Positions 19,059 through 28,936 of a stretch of 44,569 bases of DNA are shown one piece after another. The notes under the pieces were generated by a model that saw only the letters and a program-made list of their open reading frames with translations, did not search any database and was not told where the DNA came from. Position 1 is the first letter of the stretch. Every line of letters begins with the position of its first letter. Origin of the DNA: Nocardioides sp. (GTDB lineage Bacteria > Actinomycetota > Actinomycetes > Propionibacteriales > Nocardioidaceae); the NCBI GenBank assembly GCA_051001655.1, contig JBPCND010000116.1, positions 1-44,569 on the forward strand, in the 5' to 3' direction. Made by a program: the position numbers and the translations under genes.

Positions 19059-20204
19059 GTGGACTTCAGCTTCAGCGCCGAGCAGCGGGCCCTGCGCGAC
19101 GCCGTGCGCGGGCTGTTGGGCAGGGCCTACGGCGACTTCGAGCAGCGCCGCACGAGGGTCGCGGCCGATCCCGGATACGACGAGTCGCTGTGGCAGCGGC
19201 TCGCGGAGATGGGAGTCCTGGGGCTGCCGTTCTCGGAAGAGGACGGCGGCATGGGCGCCGGTCCGGTCGAGACCTCCTTGGTGTGCGAGGAGATCGGTCG
19301 AGTGCTCGCGCCCGAGCCGTTCCTGACCTCTGTGGTGCTGGCCGGCGGCCTGGTCGCCGCGGTCGGTGACGACGCACAACGTGTCCGAGTCCTGTCGGCG
19401 TTGGCCGAAGGAACGCTGGTGCCGGCCTTCGCCCACCTCGAGCCGGGCAGCCGGTGGGAGGCGACCGCCTCCGGCGTCACCGCGGCCGAGTCCGGTGGCG
19501 CGTGGCGACTGACCGGCGTGAAGGAACCGGTGCCGCACGGCGCCCGGGCCGACGTACTGGTGGTCAGTGCGCTCCTGGCCGGCGGCGACACCGGGCTGTT
19601 CCTGGTCGAGGGCTCTGCCGCCGACCTGACCCGCGACGGCTATCCCACCCACGACGGTGGTCGGGCCGCCCGCGTTTCCTTCGACGGTACGGCGACGACG
19701 CCGCTCGGCGAGGCCGGCGCGGACGCCACGGTGGCGATCTCCCGGGCGCTCGACGAGACCCGGGTGGCGGCCTGCCACCAGGCCCTCGGCGCGATGTCCT
19801 TCGCCCTGAACGCCACCACCGACTACCTCAAGAGCCGCAAGCAGTTCGGCGTCACGCTCAACACGTTCCAGTCTTTGACGTTCCGCGCCGCTGACATGTA
19901 CGTCTCGCTCGAGCTGTCCCGAAGCATCGCGCTGTGGGCGACCCTGGTGCTGCTGGACGGCACCGACGAGCAGGTGGCCGATGCCGCCGACCGGGCGTCG
20001 CTGCAGGTGAGCCGGGCCGGGCGGCACATCGGTCAAGAGGCGATCCAGCTGCACGGCGGCATCGGGATGACCGCGGAGTACTCCGTCGGCCACTACACAA
20101 GCCATCTCACAGCGCTCGACCATCTGTTCGGCGACGGCCGGCACCACCTGGGCCGGTTGGCCGCCACCGTCGGCGACCACGACGAGGTCGACCCCCTCCC
20201 CTGA
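19059..20204 (+). CDS. Acyl-CoA dehydrogenase-like protein (beta subunit of probable heteromer)
   Basis: RKQFG, FQSL, AIQLHGGIGMTAEY; lacks the YGG.E catalytic loop, as in tandem FadE pairs. Confidence 0.88.
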   Translation: MDFSFSAEQRALRDAVRGLLGRAYGDFEQRRTRVAADPGYDESLWQRLAEMGVLGLPFSEEDGGMGAGPVETSLVCEEIGRVLAPEPFLTSVVLAGGLVAAVGDDAQRVRVLSALAEGTLVPAFAHLEPGSRWEATASGVTAAESGGAWRLTGVKEPVPHGARADVLVVSALLAGGDTGLFLVEGSAADLTRDGYPTHDGGRAARVSFDGTATTPLGEAGADATVAISRALDETRVAACHQALGAMSFALNATTDYLKSRKQFGVTLNTFQSLTFRAADMYVSLELSRSIALWATLVLLDGTDEQVADAADRASLQVSRAGRHIGQEAIQLHGGIGMTAEYSVGHYTSHLTALDHLFGDGRHHLGRLAATVGDHDEVDPLP

Positions 20205-20307
20205 CCGGTCCGGTCCTCGGCGCGCCGAGCATGGGCACTCTCTGCCGGTTCCGTCCACCCGGACGGTTCCGGCCGTCGCACCGGATCCCGACCTCACCGC
20301 GAAACGG

Positions 20308-20979
20308 TCAGAGCAGGCGGCGGTCGTTCGCCCAACGGGTCAGCTCGTGCCGTGAGGAGAGCTGCAGCTTGCGCAGCACGCTCGACACATGGGTCTCGAC
20401 GGTCTTCACGGAGATGAACAGCTCGCTGGCCACCTCCTTGTAGGCATAGCCACGCGCGATCAGCCGCATCACCTCGCGCTCGCGCTCACTGAGCCGGTCG
20501 AGGTCCTCGTCGACCTGCGCCACCTCGATCGATCCGGCGAAGGCGTCGAGCACGAAGCCGGCCAGCCGCGGGGAGAACACAGCGTCGCCCTCCGAGATGC
20601 GGCCGATCGCGTCCACCAGCTCGGGGCCGGTGATCGTCTTGGTGACGTAACCTCTTGCCCCGGCGCGGATCGTGCCGATGACGTCCTCGGCGGCGTCAGA
20701 CACGCTGAGTGCCAAGAAGCGCGTCTCCGGGACGCGGGTGGACACCCTCCGCATCACCTCGCCGCCGCCGCCGCCCGGCAGGTGCACGTCGAGCAGGACC
20801 ACCTCGGGCTCGAGGCGGAGCACCGCGGCCACGGCCTCGTCCACGTCTGCGGCCTCCCCCAGCACGTCGACGCGACCGGAGATCTCCGCCTTGACGCCGG
20901 TGCGGAACATGACGTGGTCGTCGACGATCACGACGCTCACGCGTCCGCGGGTTCTCGACGTGGTGGGTTGGTGCGCCAT
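20308..20979 (-). CDS. NarL/LuxR family response regulator
   Basis: VDDH, LLDVHLP, GYVTK, LSEREREV, LFISVKTVETHVS. Confidence 0.95.
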   Translation of the reverse strand: MAHQPTTSRTRGRVSVVIVDDHVMFRTGVKAEISGRVDVLGEAADVDEAVAAVLRLEPEVVLLDVHLPGGGGGEVMRRVSTRVPETRFLALSVSDAAEDVIGTIRAGARGYVTKTITGPELVDAIGRISEGDAVFSPRLAGFVLDAFAGSIEVAQVDEDLDRLSEREREVMRLIARGYAYKEVASELFISVKTVETHVSSVLRKLQLSSRHELTRWANDRRLL

Positions 20980-22409
20980 CAGGCCCTCTCGTCCTCGTGA
21001 GCAGATCCTGCCGGTGCAGCAGATCCTGGCGCTGCGGGTCCTGCCGGTGCTGCGAGTCCTGCCGCCGTTGACGAGGAAGAGGCCGCACCGTCGAGCGTCA
21101 GCGCCAGCTTCACCTCGGTGCCCTCGCCCGGTGCCGTCCGGATCACAGCCTGCCCACCGTGTCGCCGCATCCGGTCCTCGATGCTGTTGCGGACACCGAG
21201 CCGGTCGGCGGGCACCTGGGTCAGGTCGAAGCCGCGGCCACGGTCCCGGACGAACACCTCACAGCGACGCCCGTCCGACTCGGCGTAGACGTCCACCTGA
21301 TCAGCTGTGGAGTGTCGTGCTGCGTTGACCATGGCCTCCCGCGCCGCCAGCACGAGCGGACGCAGTCGGTCCGACGCCGCGGTGTCGCCGACCGTCACCA
21401 CTTCGATCGGCACCCCGAAACCGTCCTCCACCTCGGCAGCAGCGGCCCTCAGTGCCCCGGCCAAGGTGGTGGGATCCTCCCGCTGGTCGCCGTAGAGCCA
21501 ACCCCGCAGGTCACGTTCTTGTGCGCGTGCGAGCGTGGCGACGGTCCGGCCGTCGTCGGCATGCTTCTGGATCAGGGCCAGCGTCTGGAGCACCGAGTCG
21601 TGCAGGTGGGCCGCCATGTCGGCCCTTTCCTCCGTGCGGACCCGGGCGGCACGCTCCTCGGACAGGTCTCCGGCGAGCCGGACCAGCCACGGGCCGGCGG
21701 TGAGGCCTAGACCGGCCACGCCGAGCGCGCCGGCGACCAGCACGTCGCGAGCCACCCCGGCCTGGCCGGTCTGTACCGCGAAGAGGACGAGCGCCCCGAG
21801 CAGGAAGGCGATGCCGATGACGAGCCGGGCGTATGCCGCTGCGCCGCCGTTGCCGACGACCGCCCGCGTGAGGTTGATCCGCCCGCTGTTGTCCAACCAT
21901 CGCTCGCGTTGGGCTTCGTCGGCCTGTCGCCAGAGCACGGCCACGCCGATCACGCCGAGCAGCACCGGCCAGAACAAGAAGGAGCCACCGGCCCAGCCGT
22001 TGGCCAGCACCGCGATGCCGAGCATCACCGCAGCCATCGCGACGAGGGGTCCGATGTCTTCGAGCCTGGTGGTTCGACCGGGTCGCCTGCCCTGTCTGCT
22101 CGCGGCCTCGAGCCCGGGTGCTCGCTCCTCCAGATGCTTGTCGGCAGGAAGCAGGAGCCACAGGCCTGCGTAGAGCACCACCCCGAAGCCGGCGAACACG
22201 GTGGAGATGAGGAAAGCCCCACGGACGACCATCACCGACAACCCCAAGTGCCGCGCGAGACCCGACGCCACCCCGCCGAGGACACGATCGTCGACCGAAC
22301 GGACCGCCTTGGGGGGACCGGGGGACCCCCCGGGGCCGGAGCGAGCCCCCGCGCCGGGATCCGCGCGAGGGTCCGCGCCGGGATCCGCGCGGGGGTCGGT
22401 GGTAGTCAT
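20979..22409 (-). CDS. PspC-domain sensor histidine kinase
   Basis: N-terminal PspC (DRVLGGVASGLARHLG), AHLHDSVLQTL H-box, REAMVNAARHS, DRGRGF, GEGT. ATG 22409. Confidence 0.92.
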   Translation of the reverse strand: MTTTDPRADPGADPRADPGAGARSGPGGSPGPPKAVRSVDDRVLGGVASGLARHLGLSVMVVRGAFLISTVFAGFGVVLYAGLWLLLPADKHLEERAPGLEAASRQGRRPGRTTRLEDIGPLVAMAAVMLGIAVLANGWAGGSFLFWPVLLGVIGVAVLWRQADEAQRERWLDNSGRINLTRAVVGNGGAAAYARLVIGIAFLLGALVLFAVQTGQAGVARDVLVAGALGVAGLGLTAGPWLVRLAGDLSEERAARVRTEERADMAAHLHDSVLQTLALIQKHADDGRTVATLARAQERDLRGWLYGDQREDPTTLAGALRAAAAEVEDGFGVPIEVVTVGDTAASDRLRPLVLAAREAMVNAARHSTADQVDVYAESDGRRCEVFVRDRGRGFDLTQVPADRLGVRNSIEDRMRRHGGQAVIRTAPGEGTEVKLALTLDGAASSSSTAAGLAAPAGPAAPGSAAPAGSAHEDERA

Positions 22410-22500
22410 CGTCCTCCTATCGTCACACGCGCAGCACAGCTCGACCATGCGTCGTGACCCTGGCCCCACCCTGGCCGCTGACCGCCCGATCTCGGCAGGA

Positions 22501-22518
22501 ATCAGGGTTCTTCCCGAT
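22501..22518. promoter_or_regulatory. Imperfect palindrome ATCAGGG-N4-TCCCGAT, candidate response regulator site
   Basis: Located in the divergent kinase/pspC intergenic region, upstream of the CAGGAT -10 (22541) of pspC. Confidence 0.5.
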
Positions 22519-22552
22519 GGCGCCGGCGCCCAGGAGCCACCAGGATCGAGTC

Positions 22553-23860
22553 ATGACCGAGACCCAGACACCCCCAGACGGACCGACCGCCTCGGGGCAG
22601 CCCTCCGAGCAGGGACCACCACCGACCGGCGTCGCCACCGACAAACTCCGCGACTACGAGCAGCTGCGACGCTCCCTGACCGACCGGAAGATCGCCGGCG
22701 TCGCCGGAGGACTTGGCCGGCACCTCAACATCGACCCGACGGTGCTGCGCGTCCTGCTCGTGGTGCTGGTCTTCTTCGGCGGCGCGGGCATCGTCCTGTA
22801 CGGCGTCGCCTGGCTTGTCGTGCCGGAGGAACGCACCGAGAACGCCGTGGTCAGGACGAACCCGGCAACGCGCAATGCCCTACTCATCGTGGCCGCCGTC
22901 GTCGCCGCCCTCCTCCTGCTCGGCGACACCTGGGGCGGCTGGGGAGGCGCGTTCCCCTGGCCGATCGCGATCGTCGGGCTCATTGCCCTGATCGTCATCG
23001 CCACCCGGGACAAGTCCGGAACCGACCCGTCGGCCGGCCCGGCCACGTTCCCCCTGGCGAGCGGTCCCGGTCAGTACGGCTGGATCGCGACCGCCGACGA
23101 CGCGCCCGCCGGGCACCCAACCACAACATCGGCCACCACACCGACCGGTGAGGCGGCCACCACCCCGCTGTCCGGGCCGCCCTCGTGGAAAGTCCCTCCA
23201 GCGACGTACCCTCCGACCAGACCAAGGACCGATCGTGGGCCCAAGCTCTTCGGCTTCACCCTGGCTTTCATCGCGGTCGCGCTCGGCACGCTGGGGCTGT
23301 TCGACGCCGCCGGTGTCGAGGTGGCCGACGCGGCCTATGCCGCACTCGCCCTCACCGTGGTCGCAGTGATGTTGGTGGTCGGCTCCGTTGCCGGGCGTCC
23401 CGGCGGGTTGATCTTCCTCGGCATCGTTGCCACGGTGGCCCTTGTGGTCACCGCCACCGTGGAGCGCTACGGCTACGCCTACGACCGGGCGGACAGCTTC
23501 TCGGTCTCTCCGGCTAGCGCTGCGACGCTGGACGACGACTACTCCATGCTCGCCGGCCGGATGGACGTCGACCTCACCACGGTCGAGGACCTGGAGAACC
23601 TCGACGGCCGCACGCTGACTGTCCGCGCGGAGGCCGGGGACGTCTTCGTCTTCGTCCCCGACGGGTTGGACATCCGCGTGGACGCAGAGATCGGCATCGG
23701 CGGCGAGATCGACGTGGACGGCCAACGCGAGGAAGGGCGCAACCCGGGACTTGTCACTGTGATCGACGGAGGTGACGACGTTCCCGGGCTCACTCTCGTC
23801 ATCGACCTCAGGGTCGGCAGCATCGACGTTCGACAGGTCAAGGAGGCGACCGCATCATGA
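22553..23860 (+). CDS. pspC: PspC domain membrane protein with C-terminal LiaF-like beta domain
   Basis: RRSLTDRKIAGVAGGLGRHLNIDPTVLR, several TM helices, C-terminal GRMDVDLT...GDVFVFVP...GSIDV. Confidence 0.85.
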   Translation: MTETQTPPDGPTASGQPSEQGPPPTGVATDKLRDYEQLRRSLTDRKIAGVAGGLGRHLNIDPTVLRVLLVVLVFFGGAGIVLYGVAWLVVPEERTENAVVRTNPATRNALLIVAAVVAALLLLGDTWGGWGGAFPWPIAIVGLIALIVIATRDKSGTDPSAGPATFPLASGPGQYGWIATADDAPAGHPTTTSATTPTGEAATTPLSGPPSWKVPPATYPPTRPRTDRGPKLFGFTLAFIAVALGTLGLFDAAGVEVADAAYAALALTVVAVMLVVGSVAGRPGGLIFLGIVATVALVVTATVERYGYAYDRADSFSVSPASAATLDDDYSMLAGRMDVDLTTVEDLENLDGRTLTVRAEAGDVFVFVPDGLDIRVDAEIGIGGEIDVDGQREEGRNPGLVTVIDGGDDVPGLTLVIDLRVGSIDVRQVKEATAS

Positions 23861-24246
23861 AGACCCATCCGCTCAACGTCAGCTATCTCGTCATCGGGCT
23901 GGTCTTCCTCGGCATCGCCGGGTCCTGGGCGCTCCGCGCCGCACGGCTCATCGACACCTCCGACGTCCAGTGGCTGGTGCCGCTCAGCCTGGTGATCGCC
24001 GGCGCGATCGGGCTTGTGGCGTTCGCGGCCAAGGGCATCACCCGGTCCCCAGGATCGACACCGGGATCGACACCGGCCCCTCCGACGCAGGACGAGCCGT
24101 CGTACCGTGCCGAGCAGGACACGACGACGTATCCGACCAGCGGCACCGACACAGGCCCCGACGCCGAGACCGACACAGGCCCCGACGCCGAGACCCACAC
24201 GGGCCCCGACGCCGAGACCCAACAGATCGAGGGAGAGCACCGATGA
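23857..24246 (+). CDS. Small membrane protein of the psp locus
   Basis: HPLNVSYLVIGLVFLG, two TM helices, acidic repeat tail; ATGA overlaps at both ends. Confidence 0.75.
   Translation: MKTHPLNVSYLVIGLVFLGIAGSWALRAARLIDTSDVQWLVPLSLVIAGAIGLVAFAAKGITRSPGSTPGSTPAPPTQDEPSYRAEQDTTTYPTSGTDTGPDAETDTGPDAETHTGPDAETQQIEGEHR
24145..24216 (+). repeat. Coding 24-bp tandem repeat x3 (TDTGPDAE)
   Basis: ACCGACACAGGCCCCGACGCCGAG twice, plus a variant third copy. Confidence 0.9.
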
Positions 24247-24464
24247 CCACACCCCAGCAGGCCCCGCAACCCGGCCCCGCGCCGAAGCGACTCGTGCGCA
24301 CCAGCGACGACAAGTGGCTCTCGGGGGTGTGCGGGGGAGTCGGTCGGTACGCAGGCATCGACGCCAACCTGGTCCGGCTCCTCGTCGTTATCGCGGCTCT
24401 GGTCAGCTGCGGGACGGCGCTCATCGCCTACGTGGTCGCCTGGGTCCTGATGCCCGAGGAGTGA
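24243..24464 (+). CDS. pspC: Small PspC domain protein
   Basis: KRLVRTSDDKWLSGVCGGVGRYAGIDANLVR...AYVVAWVLMPEE. Confidence 0.9.
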   Translation: MTTPQQAPQPGPAPKRLVRTSDDKWLSGVCGGVGRYAGIDANLVRLLVVIAALVSCGTALIAYVVAWVLMPEE

Positions 24465-24530
24465 CCCGGGACCGTCCGCGGAAGCGGCCATCGACCGTTC
24501 AGCACCACGCCGGCCCGATTCGGCCGTCCC

Positions 24531-24569
24531 GAAATTCGTTCGTCCGGGCGACATCTCGTTCTCTACTCT
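24531..24569 (+). promoter_or_regulatory. WhiB7/WblC-like leaderless promoter
   Basis: GAAATT, 3 nt, weak -35, 18-nt spacer, TACTCT -10, 7 nt to the GTG start. Confidence 0.5.
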
Positions 24570-24576
24570 GGGGCGA

Positions 24577-26289
24577 GTGCGCCCTCTCCCCCTCGACCAC
24601 CCAGGAGTAGCCGACGACCGGTCCCCCGGCCGGTTTCTGTGGTGGCTGATGACGGGTCAATGGCGGACCCTCCTGGGCGGGATGTTCTTCGGGATCGTGG
24701 CGATGGTCAGCCAGGCCGTGATGCCCGCGGTGATCGGCCGGGCCATCGACGATGGGGTCGCCGCCCGGGACACCGGTGCCCTGGTCACGTGGACGACGAC
24801 GATGTTCGGAATCGGAGTGTTGTACGCGGCCGCCGGCATCCTCCGGCACCGGTTCGCGGTGACGAACTGGCTCACCGCGGCCTACCGCACGGTGCAGCTG
24901 GTCACCCGTCAGGCCACCGACCTCGGTGCCACGCTGCCCAAGCGGGTGGCGACCGGCGAAGTGGTGGCGATCGGCACCAGCGACCTCCAGCACCTCGGGA
25001 ACGCGATGGACATCACGGCCCGGGCCGCCGGTGCGGTCGTCTCCTTCCTCGTGGTGGCGGTGATTCTGCTGCAGACCTCCCTCACCCTTGGTCTGGTCGT
25101 GCTGCTCGGCGTACCGTTCCTGCTCCTGCTCGTCGGCCCGCTGCTCAAGCCGCTCCAGCGTCGCAACCTCGCGCAGCGCGAGATGATGGGCTCGCTGTCC
25201 AACCTCGCCACCGACATCGTCAGCGGGCTCCGGGTGCTCCGTGGGGTCGGCGGCGAGCGGGTCTTCCACGACCGCTACGTGCGTGAGTCCCAACGGGTCC
25301 GGAGCGCCGGCGTCCAGGTCGGCAGGCTGCAGTCGATGCTCGACGCCCTCCAGGTCCTGCTGCCCGGCATCTTCGTCGTGGTGGTGGTGTGGATCGGCGC
25401 CCGTGTCGCCGTGCAGGGGCGGATCAGCGCCGGCGAGCTGGTGGCGTTCTACGGCTACGCGGCGTTCCTGTTGATCCCGCTGCGCACCGCGACCGAGTTC
25501 GCCAACAAGTGGATCCGCGCCGTCGTGTCGGCCCGGCGCGTGATCCGGGTGCTGGCGCTGCGACCCGAAGTGACCGACCCCGACCAGCCGTTCGACGAAC
25601 CTCCGACCGCCGCCGAGCTCGTCGACGTCGCCAGTGGGCTACGCGTCCGTGCCGGGGTGCTCACTGCCCTGGTGTCCGAGCGGGCCGAGGAGACGACCGA
25701 GCTGGCTGACCGGCTCGGCAGGTACGCCGACGGTGAGGTCCGGTGGGGAGAGGTTCCGCTGAGCGGCCTCCCGCGCGACGTCGTACGGCGTCGCATCGTC
25801 GTCTCCGACACCGCCAGCACGCTGTTCTCGGGGCCGTTGCACGAGGTCCTCGACATCCGAGGCGGCGGTGCGCCCGCGGTGTCCGCTGCCCTGCTCACCG
25901 CGTCGGCCGAGGACGTCCTCGAGGCGCTCCCCGACGGGCTCGACACGACCGTTACCGAGCGGGGCCGGTCGTTCTCCGGTGGGCAACGGCAGCGTCTGGT
26001 CCTCGCCCGCGTGCTGGCCGCCGACCCCGAGGTGCTCGTGCTGGTCGAGCCGACCTCCGCGGTGGACGCCCACACCGAGGCACGGGTGGCCGACCGGCTC
26101 CGGGCTCACCGGACCGGCCGGACCACCGTCGTGACCACGACCAGCCCGCTGATGCTCGACCGGGTCGACGAGGTGGCGTTCCTGCGGGGCGGCGTGGTCG
26201 TCGCCGTCGGCAGCCACCGGGACCTGATGCGCGGCGTCGCGGACTACCGCGCGGTCGTCACCCGAGAGGTCGAAGAGGTGGCGACATGA
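24577..26289 (+). CDS. ABC exporter subunit with degenerate NBD
   Basis: TMD; signature FSGGQRQR intact but no recognisable Walker A; Walker B reads LVLVEPTS. Confidence 0.88.
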   Translation: MRPLPLDHPGVADDRSPGRFLWWLMTGQWRTLLGGMFFGIVAMVSQAVMPAVIGRAIDDGVAARDTGALVTWTTTMFGIGVLYAAAGILRHRFAVTNWLTAAYRTVQLVTRQATDLGATLPKRVATGEVVAIGTSDLQHLGNAMDITARAAGAVVSFLVVAVILLQTSLTLGLVVLLGVPFLLLLVGPLLKPLQRRNLAQREMMGSLSNLATDIVSGLRVLRGVGGERVFHDRYVRESQRVRSAGVQVGRLQSMLDALQVLLPGIFVVVVVWIGARVAVQGRISAGELVAFYGYAAFLLIPLRTATEFANKWIRAVVSARRVIRVLALRPEVTDPDQPFDEPPTAAELVDVASGLRVRAGVLTALVSERAEETTELADRLGRYADGEVRWGEVPLSGLPRDVVRRRIVVSDTASTLFSGPLHEVLDIRGGGAPAVSAALLTASAEDVLEALPDGLDTTVTERGRSFSGGQRQRLVLARVLAADPEVLVLVEPTSAVDAHTEARVADRLRAHRTGRTTVVTTTSPLMLDRVDEVAFLRGGVVVAVGSHRDLMRGVADYRAVVTREVEEVAT

Positions 26290-28067
26290 CGACGTCCGCC
26301 CCGTCGACGCCAGGCTCGCTGGCGACGGCCCTGCCGGTGGCGGAGCCGAGCCAGGTCCGGCGGTACGTCGTCGCCGTGGCCCGCCGCTACCCCCAGCTGA
26401 TCTGGGGTGCGGCCGCATTGCATGTCGGGGCCGCGCTCGCAGCCCTGGCCGCCCCTCGGCTGCTCGGCAACCTCGTGGAGGCGGTCGAGCAAGGCACCTC
26501 CGTGGCGACCGTGGACCGGACGGTGATGCTGCTGGCCGGCTTCGTCGTGCTGCAGACGGTGCTCACGCGCTACGCCCGCTACGTCTCGCACGTCACCGGT
26601 GAGCGCATCCTCGCCGAGCTGCGCGAGGACTTCGTCGAGCACGCCCTGGCCCTGCCGGTGGGCACGGTCGAGTCCGCCGGCAGCGGGGACCTGCTGACCC
26701 GCACCTCGCGCGATGTCGAGCAGCTCGGCTGGTCGGTGCGCTGGGCCCTACCGGAGTGGCTGATCGCGGTGATCTCCGCCGCCCTGACGTTCACCGCGGC
26801 GCTGCTGGTCGGCTGGTGGGTCGCGCTGCCGTGCCTGCTCGGCGTCCCGCCGCTGGTGATCGGCCTGAAGTGGTATCTCGCACGCGCCAAGGACGGCTAC
26901 CTCCGTGAGAGTGCCACCTACTCGGTGATGAACGCCTCGCTCACCGAGACCGTCGAGGGTGCCCGCACCGTCGAGGCCCTCGGCATCGGCCACCAACGGA
27001 TCGACCGGATCGACCGCGACATCGCCTCCTCCTACGCCGCGGAGCGGTACACCCTGTTCCTGCGGACCGTGTTCTTCCCCTCGGTCGAGGTGGCCTACCT
27101 GATCCCGACCGTCGCCACGCTGCTGTTCGGCGGCTGGCTCTACACCCAGGGCTCCGTCTCGCTGGGCGACGTCACGGCGGCGACGCTCTATGTGCAGATG
27201 CTGATCGACCCCGTCGACCGGATCGTCGGGATCCTCGACGAGCTCCAGGTCGGCTCCGCGTCGTTGTCTCGGCTGCTCGGCGTCGCCCACGTCCCCGACG
27301 ACCGGGAGGCCACCGGACGGGTCCCGCAGGGTGAGCGGATCGACGCCGAGGACGTCCGGTTCGCCTACGACGGTGTGCGGGACGTCCTGCACGGGGTGGA
27401 CCTGTCCGTCGGGGTGGGTGAGCGGATCGCGATGGTGGGGCCCTCCGGCGCCGGCAAGTCGACGCTGGGTCGCCTGCTGGCAGGCATCCACCCGCCCCGG
27501 ACCGGATCGGTCACCGTCGGTGGGGTGGGGCTCACCGAGCTGCCGCTGACCGACATGCGGGGGCACGTCGCCCTGGTGACACAGGAGCACCACGTGTTCG
27601 TGGGCACCATCCGGGACAACCTGGCGCTGGCCGTGCCTGACACGGCCGAGCCGGCGGACGAGCAGCTGCTCGAGGCGATCGACGCGGTCGATGCCCGGGA
27701 GTGGGTCGCATTGCTTCCCGAGGGACTGGACACCGTCGTGGGCTCGGGCGGCCGGGCGTTGACGCCGGCACAGGCGCAGCAGGTGGCGCTGGCCCGGCTG
27801 GTGCTGGCCGACCCGCACACGCTGGTGCTCGACGAGGCGACCTCCTTGATCGACCCGCGGGCGGCCCGGCACCTGGAACGATCGCTGGCCGCCGTACTCC
27901 ACGGACGCACGGTCATCGCGATCGCGCACCGGCTGTTCTCCGCCCACGACGCCGACCGGGTGGCGGTCGTGGAGGACGGCCGGATCGCCGAGTTCGGCTC
28001 GCACGACGACCTGGTAGCGGCCGGCGGTTCCTACGCCTCCCTGTGGTCGTCCTGGAACTCGGGCTGA
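26286..28067 (+). CDS. ABC exporter fused permease/ATP-binding subunit
   Basis: GPSGAGKS, LVLDEATS, IAHRL; degenerate signature LTPAQAQQ; ATGA overlap at 26286. Confidence 0.92.
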   Translation: MTTSAPSTPGSLATALPVAEPSQVRRYVVAVARRYPQLIWGAAALHVGAALAALAAPRLLGNLVEAVEQGTSVATVDRTVMLLAGFVVLQTVLTRYARYVSHVTGERILAELREDFVEHALALPVGTVESAGSGDLLTRTSRDVEQLGWSVRWALPEWLIAVISAALTFTAALLVGWWVALPCLLGVPPLVIGLKWYLARAKDGYLRESATYSVMNASLTETVEGARTVEALGIGHQRIDRIDRDIASSYAAERYTLFLRTVFFPSVEVAYLIPTVATLLFGGWLYTQGSVSLGDVTAATLYVQMLIDPVDRIVGILDELQVGSASLSRLLGVAHVPDDREATGRVPQGERIDAEDVRFAYDGVRDVLHGVDLSVGVGERIAMVGPSGAGKSTLGRLLAGIHPPRTGSVTVGGVGLTELPLTDMRGHVALVTQEHHVFVGTIRDNLALAVPDTAEPADEQLLEAIDAVDAREWVALLPEGLDTVVGSGGRALTPAQAQQVALARLVLADPHTLVLDEATSLIDPRAARHLERSLAAVLHGRTVIAIAHRLFSAHDADRVAVVEDGRIAEFGSHDDLVAAGGSYASLWSSWNSG

Positions 28068-28094
28068 CCCGACCCCACCGATCGTCCCGGCACC

Positions 28095-28147
28095 GCCGAG
28101 TCGGCGCGTCCGCACCCCCAAACCCCGCCGAGTCGGCGCATCTGCAC
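28095..28147 (+). repeat. Two copies of the GCCGAGTCGGCGC repeat head, 32-bp period
   Basis: GCCGAGTCGGCGCGTCCGCAC (28095) and GCCGAGTCGGCGCATCTGCAC (28127). Confidence 0.8.
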
Positions 28148-28204
28148 ACAATCTTCACACGTCGCACGCACCTCACTACCTGCAGGGCTCCTAGGCTCGG
28201 ACCC

Positions 28205-28936
28205 GTGGACGACGAGGCGCAACACAGTCAGAACAGGGTGCTGGTCGTCGAGGACGAGCCCGTGATCAACCAGGCACTCGCCGACCGCCTGGTCGCGGAG
28301 GGATTCGAGGTCCGCCAGGCGTACGACGGTCCGACTGCCGTCGCGGCTGCCGAGCGGTGGCAGCCCGACGTCCTGGTCCTCGACGTGATGCTGCCCGGGT
28401 TCGACGGCCACGAGGTCTGCCGACGAGTCCAGGCGGCCCGGCCCGTGCCGGTGCTGATGCTCACCGCCCGCGACGACGAGACCGACATCCTGGTCGGTCT
28501 GGGGGTTGGTGCGGACGACTACCTGACCAAGCCGTTCAGCATGCGTGAGGTCGTGGCCCGGGTGCGCGTGCTGCTGCGCCGGGTGCAGCGGGCCGCCGAC
28601 CTGGCGTCGGCGGGGTCGGCAGGAGCTCCGGCGCTGAGCGTCGGCGACCTCCACCTCGACCGGGCGGCCCGCCGCGTGCACGTCGCCGGCGCCGCCGTAC
28701 ACCTTACCCCTACCGAGTTCGACCTGCTCGTCTGCCTGGCCGGCCAGCCGGGGACCGTGCTCTCCCGCAAGCACCTGATGAGCGAGGTGTGGGGCTGGCC
28801 GGAGGCCGCACTCGCCCGGGGCGGCACCCGCACCGTCGACAGTCATGTGAAGTCGCTGCGCTCCAAGATCGGCGCCGCCCGGGTCCGCACCGTCCATGGG
28901 GTCGGCTACGCGCTCGAGGCCGGAAGCGGCGCGTGA
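28205..28936 (+). CDS. OmpR family response regulator
   Basis: VLVVEDE, LDVMLPG, MLTARDDE, DDYLTKPF, LTPTEFDLL, RTVDSHV, TVHGVGY. TAGGCT -10 lies 7 nt before the GTG. Confidence 0.95.
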   Translation: MDDEAQHSQNRVLVVEDEPVINQALADRLVAEGFEVRQAYDGPTAVAAAERWQPDVLVLDVMLPGFDGHEVCRRVQAARPVPVLMLTARDDETDILVGLGVGADDYLTKPFSMREVVARVRVLLRRVQRAADLASAGSAGAPALSVGDLHLDRAARRVHVAGAAVHLTPTEFDLLVCLAGQPGTVLSRKHLMSEVWGWPEAALARGGTRTVDSHVKSLRSKIGAARVRTVHGVGYALEAGSGA

